DNA of 63,472 nt, filler included, from Globobulimina sp. (GCA_003354225.1; 53 parts of 53 records of this genome joined end to end with filler, not necessarily neighbours in it), one strand, 5' to 3'; shown: positions 1 to 11,522, counted from the whole stretch's first letter. Numbers and translations are program-made. Notes: generated by a model not told the origin, from the letters alone.

Positions 1-288
1 TCAGCGTCAGATTTTTATTGTTTCTGAGAAACGAAGGCAAACCTATATTATTTTTACCTTTATCAGTCACCAGAAATGGTTTGCTTACACCTTACCCCAA
101 TAAAAATCTAACGCTGAAGACTGGATGCTCTTATTGCTTACATCTACTTTACAGTAATCCATATTTTGCATGATTCTTTGTATGTTATTTGAAATCATGG
201 TATACACAAAAGGCCACGAAATGAACGACTATTTATGGAAGGGTTCATATTGTCAACCAATTAAAAAAAAGTAAGTAAGCGCAGAAAA

Positions 289-657
289 ATGTTGCAGAAA
301 ACATCTTTTTGCGTCATCGTTGCCGCAGTAATTACAGGATTTTATTTCCTTTATTATTCTCAATCGCAATCAAAATGTGACGATTATTATGCAGACAATT
401 GTCCAGACCGATTCTTCAGTACAAGTTATTTTGAAGCAAGAAACAAATTTCTTGAAATTTCAAAGCTCATTCCATCAGCAAATATGTATTCACTCCCAAT
501 ATTCGAAACAAAATCAAATCAAGACTTATATATTGCTATTACAATTTAAATGAAGATTCATCATCCAACCACCTCATAACTCATTCTTCAGCAACTCATG
601 GAAACGAAGGTTATGCGGGCAATGCTATACAAAATGGCATATTACAATTTATCAAGT
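289..657 (+). pseudogene. DUF2817 / M14 metallocarboxypeptidase-like gene, frameshifted near 546 and truncated near 657
   Basis: N-terminal TM then FSTSYFEARNKF...DLYI; after a 1-nt shift the frame continues LITHSSATHGNEGYAGNAIQ (SGTHGVEGYxGSAIQ-like motif). Confidence 0.7.
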
Positions 658-922
658 GTAGTTCCAGAGAAAGTCGTTGCACTAATTCTCAAGGGCGGTG
701 GCCGGATGTGGAAATTAATTCCTCGGTTTTGCGAGGGATCCTGAGACAAGAGCCATTGGTGCAAGAGATCCTGGTGCAAGAGGTACGGGTGCAAGAGACA
801 CGGTTACCGAAGAAACTCAGAATTTTCTGGAAAATTCTTAAGTAAATTCATTTAAAGAAAAAAAAATAGTTGGAAAATGGTGATTTGAGATGAACCAAGT
901 TATCATTTTTTAAAAATATTAA

Positions 923-1100
923 ACTTTGCACAACGTTTTTTAATGTTGGGTAACCCGACGACGACGACGATTCATTTTTTTTTATTATTACACTTTGTAC
1001 AACTTTTTTTAATTTTGGGTAACCCGACGACGACGACGATTCATTTTTTTTTATTATTACACTTTGTACAACTTTTTTTAATTTTGGGTAACCCGACGAC
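923..1100. repeat. 69-bp tandem repeat (GGGTAACCC-(GAC)n-T-rich unit), runs off the contig end
   Basis: GGGTAACCCGACG starts at 948, 1017 and 1086. Confidence 0.9.
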
Positions 1101-1200
1101 NNNNNNNNNNNNNNNNNNNNNNNNNNNNNNNNNNNNNNNNNNNNTTAATTAATTAANNNNNNNNNNNNNNNNNNNNNNNNNNNNNNNNNNNNNNNNNNNN
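1101..1200. other. Artificial contig linker (N run + TTAATTAATTAA + N run); repeats every ~1200 bp, 52 in total
   Basis: Identical 100-bp spacer with stops in all six frames; contigs ordered by length (1100 then 1099 bp). Confidence 0.99.
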
Positions 1201-2300
1201 TTTGCATATGATTTAATAATTGACTGCAATATAAATCAAAGCTGGCACTATTATTTGCTGTCAAATCCTGTACATTGTCATTAATAAACTCCTCTAACAG
1301 CGATGACACAGAAATGTCGCTATCTAGTTCTTTGTGTACAATCTGATAAATTAAAAACATTGGAATAAGTTTGCGCGAATGACACAGAAAGTGCTTGTTT
1401 TAAATCAGTGCCTTGTTCTAATTGCTGGCATAACAATGAAGACCAAGACAATAATAACTTGATCAGTTGGTATCCTTTGGCGTGAGACATGTCATGCTGA
1501 TGGATATAGGACAATGCAGATAATACATAATGATGTGATAAATTATTCTCTTTTGTCGACGTTATATAATCCAGCATTTGTGTGTGAATATTAATCATTT
1601 TATTCCGCAAAAACTTCCATTTAATGCCAGATAAAACTAATAATTGTTCCAAGTCATTCAATTTTGGCGATACAAAACTATTCATTGCTAATTTAGTTCG
1701 AACCGATTCTTTATGATAAATATCGTCTAAAATGGCAATCTCAACGCATCTATTCCTCATCGCACGTGAAATCTCTCCAAATTTTGGGTTCATGGTGAAA
1801 AATATTCGAAAATCCGGATGAGGAGTTATTATGCGGGCTTTTCCATTTTGTAAACCGCACTCATTGACTAATAACACGCCATTTGGTTCTAACAAAGGAT
1901 TTAATCGATCCAATACCGTCGGATTACAAAAATTCACATTTTCCAATAACAGCCATTCTCCCTTTTCCAGCGCATCAATTAAAGTGCCATCAATCCATTC
2001 AAAATGCCCAATGGTGCCTGATTTGCAAATCTTGAGTAAATCATCAAATTCGGCGCTCATATTTTTTATGATGGTGCTCTGCTGTGAATTATTTATAATT
2101 ATTTCGTCTTCCACCAATTCAAATATCCTCTTTATCTGTGATACTCTCTCATGATTTAACACGGAGGCTGCCAATGAAACATTTATTTGTTGAGACTCAT
2201 TCTGTTTCAATTGAATGATATCCTCCTCACTCAATTTGGTGTCATCTGCTTCCACATACATGGCATTGAATATTATTTTCCATTCTTTCAATAACTTTTC
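1201..2300 (-). CDS. MDN1: Midasin (Rea1) AAA+ ATPase, internal fragment with last AAA module and start of linker
   Basis: FEWIDGTLIDALEKGEWLLLENVNFCNPTVLDRLNPLLE...PHPDFRIFFTMNP..GEISRAMRNRCVEI; frame change near 1343-1358. Confidence 0.92.
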
Positions 2301-2930
2301 NNNNNNNNNNNNNNNNNNNNNNNNNNNNNNNNNNNNNNNNNNNNTTAATTAATTAANNNNNNNNNNNNNNNNNNNNNNNNNNNNNNNNNNNNNNNNNNNN
2401 TGATATTTTAATGATTGTTAATTGTTCTAAACAGGTGCAATGATAATGAAATCATATGTATTTTTATGTACTGCATTGTTTGTATTACATAGAAACGAAT
2501 GGAATGATATTATTTATGGTATGTCTTTTGTTGGTTACATTTTGCAATATTTTGATGATAAAATGCATATTGATTTTGTTTTGAAAAAAGACCACTTGGA
2601 GACCTCTGATTAAATAACAATTTATCATGTTGTTTTTCATAAATTATTTTAAATGATATTCTAAAAACTTGTGTGTGTGTCCTTATAAACAGGTTCATGA
2701 GAATCAAATCGATTTGGTTGTTTGATTATTCTTATTTGGTTGTGTTGATTGTATCATTTAAATATTAGTTGATTGTGTGTTTCATCTCCGTTTTGATATT
2801 ACTATTATGTGAGATACATAAAGCTACGCTCAAACAGATTCCTGGGAAAAATTCTCACTCAAATTGAGGTGTTTAAGACTTGATATTATACGAAAAAAAA
2901 TAAAACAAGAAGAATTAAGTCATGGTTATA

Positions 2931-3500
2931 TTAGTTACTTGAATGTAATCTATTGTTCGCTGAACTGCGTCCTCCATTGACCGTTATTCTTGTATTAATA
3001 CTGAATTCACTGTGATTCTCAATTTGTGACGCATTTTGTTGCATATTGCCGTGGAATGAAACATAGGATATTTTCACTCTTAAATATAAACTTGAAATGG
3101 AGCCTCTTTTTCGTTTGAACTGATTACCACCATTCGCAACAAATAAATGGTTGAACTTTTTCTTTATTTCCAATTTTAATATTTTGTCCAAAAATGTATT
3201 ACTGATTGATTGTCTTCTGTCAGATTGCTTTGCTTGCGACGACAATAAATAAAATACGTCTGGCAATGGAATATCCACTGAGGCACAAACCACATCTTTC
3301 CAAGTATTCGCATGCCTTAATTCTAACTTATAAATTGGATACGTACTCTGTTTTACTTTCTTTTTACCTGTCACAACCTTCGCTAAATATTCCTTCCAGT
3401 CCGGTGTCATGGTGTCATGTTTAATGCTGGTTTTTGCCTTAGTTTTACCGAACTCATTTACTAACGCAACATAAAAATTGCCGGCCCGCTTACTTTTAGT
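2931..3500 (-). CDS. C2-domain-like protein, 3' fragment
   Basis: Frame is open to the contig edge: FYVAL...KTSIKHDTMTPDWKE...KLELRHANTWKDVVCASVDIPL fits the C2 KT..xxTxxPxWxE pattern. Confidence 0.55.
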   Translation of the reverse strand, partial: TKSKRAGNFYVALVNEFGKTKAKTSIKHDTMTPDWKEYLAKVVTGKKKVKQSTYPIYKLELRHANTWKDVVCASVDIPLPDVFYLLSSQAKQSDRRQSISNTFLDKILKLEIKKKFNHLFVANGGNQFKRKRGSISSLYLRVKISYVSFHGNMQQNASQIENHSEFSINTRITVNGGRSSANNRLHSSN

Positions 3501-3601
3501 NNNNNNNNNNNNNNNNNNNNNNNNNNNNNNNNNNNNNNNNNNNNTTAATTAATTAANNNNNNNNNNNNNNNNNNNNNNNNNNNNNNNNNNNNNNNNNNNN
3601 C

Positions 3602-4700
3602 TTTTCTTACAATAAATGGGATTTTGGGAGTCAAGGTCGCGGGAAATGGAATATAAAATTAGAGAAATTATTATCGAGTGGGAAACATGAATGGAATGAA
3701 GTTTGTATGCTTAAATTCGAGATTCAAACCTATAATGTTTGCGATTTTGATAAAATGACATTATATGATGACGGAAATTCGAGTGCATATACATATTACA
3801 ATAGTAATAATAGCCATAGTGATCCTATTCAATTTTCAAAACGGATTAAAGAATTAGCAATGTTTAATTTTGATATTATTGCACCAAATAAGCCAGCCGC
3901 AAATAGTGGGAATATGACGATGTCATTTAGTAAAAATTGGGCGGCAGAAATTTTAATTCAACATATCTTAAAAGAAGTGATTGAAAATCCAAAATTTGGA
4001 TACACATTTTTTAGTAATATTATTAAATATGTCCGAGAAGAGAGAGGAGATAAAAACAACACTGATGACGATATTACAATATTGAAGTCCTTGTCAGCTG
4101 AAAGATTTTTAGTTTGCGATGAAAATGATAACAAAGTGCCGTCCGAATTTTATATGAAAAAAGAATATAAAATGCCAGGCCATTTTTCACAAATTAAATA
4201 TACAGATTTCAGGATACAATTTTTAGCAAAGAATGATCCATTGCTCCTGGCTTTTAATTCGAATTCAAAAAATATTGAAAGCAAAAATGATGAAAATGAA
4301 GTAGATTCTGATAATATTAATTTTAATAAACAAACTAAAGCGTTATGGGTTTATTTTAAAAAATATAAATCGAATTCTCGTACTGTTGCCAGAATTAATC
4401 AAAGGATTCGAATTGTTTTACAAAACGGAGAATGTCTGAAAGATGTCATTATGAAATATTTAAAACCATATTTAAAAATATCAAATGTATCACCATCGTC
4501 ATCAAAGCAATCGTCAGTGGACAAAGAGGAGGATAACAAACAAGAAAAGAGTGAATGTGATCTATTATTTGAGCAAATTCTTGAAACGCATAAATTTTTG
4601 CTAAAAGGTGCAGGAAATTCGCTTTCAGTTTTAAAGAAAGCTCATTTAGAACTTACTACAATATTTGACTCGTTATCACCGAAAATGTATTTGATTATTC
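3602..4700 (+). CDS. Hypothetical protein, internal fragment
   Basis: Stop-free frame across the whole contig; no family recognised. Confidence 0.55.
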
Positions 4701-4800
4701 NNNNNNNNNNNNNNNNNNNNNNNNNNNNNNNNNNNNNNNNNNNNTTAATTAATTAANNNNNNNNNNNNNNNNNNNNNNNNNNNNNNNNNNNNNNNNNNNN

Positions 4801-5900
4801 CTCTTCAGGTACATAGATAATGACTATTAATATTTTAACAATAGCAATATACGCATAACAGACAATTCTTCGAAGCAAATATTGATGTAAATAAAAGTCT
4901 ATGTCAATGTGACATATGTCATCCAGGCTTTGTAGTAGCAGCACCAACACAAAATAATCCCGATTATTACTATCATTGGCAGGTGCGTCAAATGTCTGCA
5001 TTCCATATAATTAATATTATGACATCTATCTGCAGCGTGATGCAGGAGTATCAATGCATGTGTTACAGTATACGGCAGGCAATGCATCCGCAGCTGTTTG
5101 GACTCAAAAGGTTTATAATTTTGTGCAGTGGGTTGGTACGTATCTATTCAATCTAAAATGAATACATTATCTATGACGAATACCTGTTAATAGTAACAGT
5201 TCAAAATGAGAAAGACCCCAATAACCAGAATGTATTAGGTGAGCCCAAATTTAATTGTAAGTTAATTTATATATATTTAAGGCTATGACAATGATTTATG
5301 AGCGACTTAATTGTATATATTTAGGCGATGGCGGTGTATATTCGGGCGGATGGTGTCGACCACAAAATGACGGGCCTGCTTCGCGAGCAGTTGCATTGAT
5401 TGATTTTGCATTTTATTTATTAAATAATTCTGGCGAAGCTTATGTGAATCAATACTTATATCAATATCAAACAGAATCAGTTTATGATGACTTTGATTAT
5501 CATCAAAATGCAAAACAAAAAGCAAAACCTGTGCATGTACCAGCAGCTGTCAATTGTTCCGAGGTCAACATCCCAAATGATGCCAAAGTTGATTGTGGAT
5601 ATAATGGAATTAATGAGACGCAATGCGTAGATAAAGGTTGCTGTTGGTATGCAATCAATAATAATCCCAATAATGATCCATGGTGTTTCTTCCCCAACGT
5701 TACGTATTGAACTTTACTGTCCCATCAATATCATAACTTGCAATCAATATAAAAATACAAAACACGACGCGTCCAACGCCAGCTCCAGTGCCTACACCGG
5801 CGCCCACAGCATATCATGGCATTGGTACAATTGTGACAGATTTAAATTATGTGGCATCTGTATGGCAGGAAACAAATAGTTGCGATTTATGGGAGGAAAT
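4801..5900 (+). CDS. Glucoamylase (GH15) with an internal trefoil/P-type domain; spliced, partial
   Basis: Spliced product PGFVVAAPTQNNPDYYYHWQRDAG...[29 protein letters not shown]...[CSEVNIPNDAKVDCGYNGINETQCVDKGCCW...PWCFFP]...DLNYVASVWQETNSCDLWEE; several GT-AG introns. Confidence 0.9.
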
Positions 5901-6000
5901 NNNNNNNNNNNNNNNNNNNNNNNNNNNNNNNNNNNNNNNNNNNNTTAATTAATTAANNNNNNNNNNNNNNNNNNNNNNNNNNNNNNNNNNNNNNNNNNNN

Positions 6001-7100
6001 CTGGAGTTGTTTCCTTAATTTGCAAATGATTAATATTATGATCATTATAAATATGACTGACAGTTGCATCATTATTATCTGTGTTATCAATTATAAATTG
6101 AGCTATATCTATATGTAACAAAGCACCTTCAGATTCATCATATGATTCATTATTACCCCCACCGCCATTACTGGCAATATCCAACACCATTTCAACAATT
6201 GATTGCTTGTGAGCTGCAGTATTAGTATTTAATGTTTCTGTTTGTAATCGTTGTATATTAACATTATTTAAATTCGTTATCGTCATACTTTCATTTTGTT
6301 TATGATCTTCCCGTAGATTGCAATTGTGTTTTCCTTTATATTTATATATAACAAATCCAATACAAATTACGCATAATACACTTATTGACGCAACAACAAC
6401 ATTAATCTCAAACGTCCAGAAACCTTGACCTATATTTTTATTTTTACTTTCTCCATCATTTATACCATGATCAATTGACTCTGTACTACTATAAATCATG
6501 GCTGATAATGTAGGTGATATTGTTGCAACTTTACGAATAAATAATATTGGTGATGGTGTTGGGTTCATTGTAGGATCATTTGATGTTGGCATTTCTGTGG
6601 GAATTGTTGGATTTGATGTTGGTGATGTTGATGGATCAATTGTTGGGTTTGACGTTGGATTATTTGTTGTATGCTTTGTTGGAATTGTTGGGTTGGATGT
6701 TGTGTGGTAATTTGTTGGTGATGGAGATGGATTTGTTGTCGGATTTGTAGGTGATAGCGTTGGATAATTAGTTGGATTCAAAGTATATGGTATGCCCCAT
6801 ATTTCTAAATTATCATAAAAGCAGCTATCAGCGGCAGAGTTGCCATTATTACCCACTCTCAGATATAATTGTTGTTGATTATTATGCGCGTTATCATCAG
6901 GCAGCGTTATCTGCACATTTAGATTGGTACCACCATTTCTGGCAACTGTAATGATATTTTGCCACGTTGTTGATGGGCTTTTGTATTGGAAATAACAGAA
7001 TTCCATCTTACCCAAACCAGTTTCAGTTACCTCTTTTTCATATTTATATATGGAAAGAAATTCCGGAGCCATGCCATAAATCTCAAACAAGGTTGTATGT
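6001..7100 (-). CDS. Type I membrane protein with PTxxPT mucin-like repeats, partial
   Basis: PTNYPTLSPTNPTTNPS... repeats followed by TM VVVASISVLCVICIGFVIY and a basic KYKGK. Confidence 0.75.
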
Positions 7101-7201
7101 NNNNNNNNNNNNNNNNNNNNNNNNNNNNNNNNNNNNNNNNNNNNTTAATTAATTAANNNNNNNNNNNNNNNNNNNNNNNNNNNNNNNNNNNNNNNNNNNN
7201 G

Positions 7202-8041
7202 TTAAATAATAAAAAAATGGTTAGAAAATATACAACAACATACCATCCGGAATGTAATGGACAGATTGAACGTCTCCACCGATGACTAAAAGAGAGATTG
7301 GCGCTGATTGCCCAAGACGGAGGACTCGATTTTCTCGATGGCAGCGACGATTGGTCCGATTATCTACCAATCATACAATATACATATAATTCACAGCCAA
7401 ACAGAATGACGACGTATGCACCGATAAATATTATATTCGGCCACGATCCATATAAGCCATTACTGTACGAATTTAACCTGAAAAATCCATTGGAATATAT
7501 GCGGTTTATGACAAATCGATTAACCATAATCCGTAATAATGGGAATGAGGCACAACGTGTATATGATAAAATGCGCAAGAAATCGTATAACATGAATAAA
7601 ATTGATGACCCATTCGTCATTGGCCAGCATGTGCTGTATAATATGCAATCCCATTACGTCGGCAATCGCAAGAAGTTCGACGAGCGTTGGATTGGCCCGT
7701 TTGAGATTATTAAATTATATGGCAATGATACCTATAAAATCCGATCGTTGATACCTAATACTGATGATACTGCGATCTCAGATAATCCGTCGGACGCCGT
7801 ATTTAATACATTCAACGCCCCGAAGACCCATTTAAAACTGTATTATTATGAAAATTCACCATCGGAATTCGTCTCCAAGTCCCCGGCATTAATCATGTGC
7901 CATGAATTCGAATCTAAATTGTTTTTGTTGCAAAAGCAATATGCTAAAATAAAAAAGGAGAGCGAGGATATGAACAATACCTTATTGTCCCCGGCAACCA
8001 TCCAACGACAGTTTAATAATTACGTAATCCATTCAATCTGA
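7202..8041 (+). mobile_element. Retroviral-type (Gypsy-like) integrase C-terminal region with in-frame TGA at 7283-7285
   Basis: TTTYHPECNGQIERLHR*LKER...DWSDYLPIIQYTYNS..NRMTTYAPINIIFG...KFDERWIGPFEI (GPY/F motif). Confidence 0.85.
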
Positions 8042-8402
8042 ATAAGATTAAATAATATGCAGATGTCCGGAACATACTAATCCCGGAAAAAACGATGACG
8101 GCATAAATTGTTGCAACATCTTGAAATTTGAGAAATTTGCAGAAATTATGCGTTTTATTGCTAAAAATATCACGAGGATCCCCCCAAAGCGAAAGGGTTA
8201 CACAATGCAGACGGCAATCTAACCCATACATAGGGAGCTTCTGTGACCCATCGAAACCACGCAACGAGAAACAATGAACCAATTGGCACAATGAACATTG
8301 NNNNNNNNNNNNNNNNNNNNNNNNNNNNNNNNNNNNNNNNNNNNTTAATTAATTAANNNNNNNNNNNNNNNNNNNNNNNNNNNNNNNNNNNNNNNNNNNN
8401 AT

Positions 8403-8840
8403 AAATTAGCAAAGCGTTTCTTATTCCAAACAGAAGGCTGTAATTGGAAATTGACAGCGATTAAGAAAAAATGGAAGGATTTGATGGTTGAAATGGGTTT
8501 TTTAGAACCAGCTAAGATGCGATTCCATGGCCTAAGGAAGGGTTTCGCGACGACATTATTGCAAAAAGGAGTGCCAATGAGCTTAATAGCATTTGGTGGA
8601 AGGTGGAAATTATTGGCGCCAATATACAGATATTTAATCCATACACAATATGATTTGATAGGTTTGACTGCCATTTTTCTATATGGCGAGAAATTAAATG
8701 CCTATAAGATTGATATGGATGGTAATGAATGTGATTTGGTGCAACAATTACCAAATAATAAAATGAATAGTTTATCAATGGATTATCTTAAAAAATACCA
8801 AAAGAATCTAACTGCAGATAATATAAATGAATTAATGTAA
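8403..8840 (+). mobile_element. Tyrosine recombinase C-terminal fragment (DIRS/Ngaro- or Crypton-type element)
   Basis: RFHGLRKGFAT (HxxR), GGRWK and IYRYL catalytic motifs. Confidence 0.8.
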
Positions 8841-9784
8841 AGGATATTTCGAAATGGATAAGAATGTTTAATTTGATTATAATATAGTTATTAATATTTA
8901 AGCGACTCGGAGATATCATGAAATCTATTTGATTTCAGGATTATATGTTTGATTGGGTTGAATGGGGATTGTTATATTATGATTAAATTAATTAATAAAT
9001 AAAGTAGTTATCCATATCGAAATTCACAAATAAAACAGAACGTTATCTTTCAAACGAATGTTTCATTGAATGAGATATAAAAGAAAGCAAAGCGTTTCTG
9101 ACAAAAGAGCTAATTCAAAAGAGAGTTTTCAAGAAAAGACTGACTTCACTGCTTGAAAATACTTTTTCTTTCCTTCTAAATAACGACAGGAGAGACTTTG
9201 CAAAATAAACTAAAACTAAGAAATAAAGCAAACAACGTAGAAGCAAAACAAACAAACACAAACAACTGAAACAAATATGTTGAAAAACATAACAACAATA
9301 AATAACACAGCATATAAGAATATGCAAGAAAATATGGCCTTGACAGTAGCAGTGGATTTCGTAGAATTAGTCCAACTGTTTAAGGGTTATTATAATTACT
9401 CAAGATTGGGTTATGAGGATGTTGAGGATGCAACTGCATTATCCAATTTTTCAAGGAATAAATTATCATTAATTCCGCAAAAAGTACAGGATAAATGTTT
9501 NNNNNNNNNNNNNNNNNNNNNNNNNNNNNNNNNNNNNNNNNNNNTTAATTAATTAANNNNNNNNNNNNNNNNNNNNNNNNNNNNNNNNNNNNNNNNNNNN
9601 GCAATATTACCAAAAACATTTAATCGAATAATAATTAAAGACCCATATAATGGCTGGTTATTTGGCCGGCATGGTGTATTTTCAGATGAAATGCGTTGTA
9701 AATTTGTTGAGAGTAATTTTTCTGTTCAGTTAAAAAAAAAGGAATTAATAATTTGTAAAACTAAATAGTTATTCTGTAAATTAT

Positions 9785-10082
9785 AATTAATATTATGTAT
9801 ATTTGTTTGTTGTGTTTTTCTTCTCGTTTTTTTGGTTTGTTTCTGTCTTTTTTTGTTTGGAGTGCTATTTTTTGTTATTTTTCATGGGCTTTTTTTATTA
9901 TTTGTCTGTTGTTTAAGTATTAATTTTCAGATGAAAATCTCACTCTCTTTTTCTAAATTAAATTAAATTAATATTATGTATGTGTTTTCTTTTTTTTTGG
10001 TTTGCTAATTATTTTGTTATTTTTGTTATTTTTTGTGCCTGAGCTTTTTTTATTATTTGCCTGTTGTTTAAGTATTAATTTT
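9785..10082. repeat. Imperfect direct duplication of a T-rich segment (~9785-9927 and ~9966-10082)
   Basis: Shared AATTAATATTATGTAT start and TTATTATTTG.CTGTTGTTTAAGTATTAATTTT end. Confidence 0.75.
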
Positions 10083-10484
10083 GTAACATTATAAACGTTC
10101 TATTATTATTGTGTTTGTGGAATTAAATGACATGTTGGTAGATCAAATAAAAACTTACTGCACTTTTTACTTTTAGGATCTCGCAAAGAAAAAATAATAT
10201 TTTAAGCATGTTTTGTAGCATTGTTTTGTGTTGGTTGCTTATGAAATTCATCTGTTTTTGCATAGTCTGCAGCTGTTTGTTCATCACTTATTAAATCAAT
10301 AATGAATTACATTTAGAACAATTATATGCGCCCAATCTGTCATATTTACGGCAAAAACCACATTTAATAAAGTTTTTTTGTTGCTCGATCTGTTGCCTAC
10401 AATAACATTTAGTGTATGATTTGATAGTTTGGTAATATCAAAGTTGCATATGCAGCAAATGTAGGATTTGCGTTACTTGCTGCA

Positions 10485-10700
10485 ATGATGCTTCTTTTGT
10501 CTCGATCCATGCCGAGACTCAGGATCTTCAAGCTGCATTGCGGCAAGATGAACGAAGGAAGGCTCCTCCCGGTCCTCAAGCTCTTACAGCAAACGTCCAG
10601 CACTCCTAAAGTTATCAACGTTGTTCAACGTTGCTATGACGCATGGAATCAACGAGACATGAATGCTGCAGTCCGATGCTTCGCGAATGACTTCACATAT
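10485..10700 (+). CDS. SnoaL/NTF2-like domain N-terminal fragment; GC-richer than flanks, probably foreign
   Basis: VVQRCYDAWNQRDMNAAVRCFANDFTY; abrupt composition change near 10490. Confidence 0.65.
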
Positions 10701-10802
10701 NNNNNNNNNNNNNNNNNNNNNNNNNNNNNNNNNNNNNNNNNNNNTTAATTAATTAANNNNNNNNNNNNNNNNNNNNNNNNNNNNNNNNNNNNNNNNNNNN
10801 TT

Positions 10803-11290
10803 TCCAATATAATCTCGTTATGTGTCATGTACACGTTGCATCTAGCTACTATTAAAGCATTTGGTGTTGCCGATTTTGAGGCTATTGGTAAATGGTCTGA
10901 TTCCTCCATTAAGCGAATCAATCTGAACATCAAACAAAACTGCCTCAATAACACAGACCCAAACTATGATGAAGGCAGACAAATTCTGCAAGCGGCTCAT
11001 GAATTATACAAACAGGACAAAATTGACAACCTCCGGCGCAACACCATTAATTTCAGCAACTTGAATCATTGCCAGAAACTCAAACGATTTAAATCCATGA
11101 ATCGCAGCTTCGATTACTTGGAAGATGAGCCGTATCTGCATTATAAAAACAAATTAGTCCCCAAAAATGAGGCATTGGCAGATTTCTTTGCCAGTATCAA
11201 TGGTCCCATCGCTGATCCGGTCCAAAACACCAGAGAATGAATAACATCGGTCGGGCGACCCAAGATAAAAAATACCAAAAATACCTCACT
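10803..11290 (+). mobile_element. Degenerate non-LTR retrotransposon ORF2 fragment (endonuclease-RT linker)
   Basis: EPYLHYKNKLVPKNEALADFFASIN resembles the K(A)ExLAxFF linker motif; in-frame TGA at 11238-11240. Confidence 0.4.
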
Positions 11291-11447
11291 CAGCATACTA
11301 GCATGCCAACAATGCTCTCGTTGTCGTAAAGTAAGCAATGGTAACAGTCATTCTCATTTACACTCAGTCTGTTGCCCAATGCAATCAAATTCAAAGAAGA
11401 AACAAGATAACTAAACAGTGCCAGATTCTTGTTGTAATTGTCAGAAT

Positions 11448-11522
11448 AACCACGTAGCTCAATTGGTAGAGCACTGTGTTAATTATACAAGATATGCAGG
11501 TTCGACTCCTGCCGTGGTACCA
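11448..11522 (+). tRNA. tRNA-like sequence, probably a pseudogene or SINE head; nominal anticodon AAT (Ile) in an atypical loop, ends in ACCA
   Basis: ACCACG/CGTGGT acceptor, GCTC/GAGC D-stem, GCAGG-TTCGACT-CCTGC T-arm, intact A and B boxes; anticodon stem has a mismatch and position 37 is T. Confidence 0.7.

Noticed and set aside
923-1100. Possible CRISPR array, and the ORF 943-1152
   Set aside because: Units are identical head-to-tail with no unique spacers; the ORF is just the translated 69-bp repeat
1101-1200. Regularly spaced TTAATTAATTAA motif that looks like a CRISPR or periodic array
   Set aside because: Artificial linker embedded in N runs; ORFs ending in X..LIN or X..N are artefacts of it
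6498-6710. Gly/Val-rich ORFs here and at 25636-25833 and 43246-43644
   Set aside because: Antisense translations of Pro/Thr repeat exons
7283-7285. Genome-wide UGA=Trp code
   Set aside because: TGA ends conserved genes at the expected positions (kinase 18866, XPF 46503, GAF 62713) and TGG is used for Trp throughout
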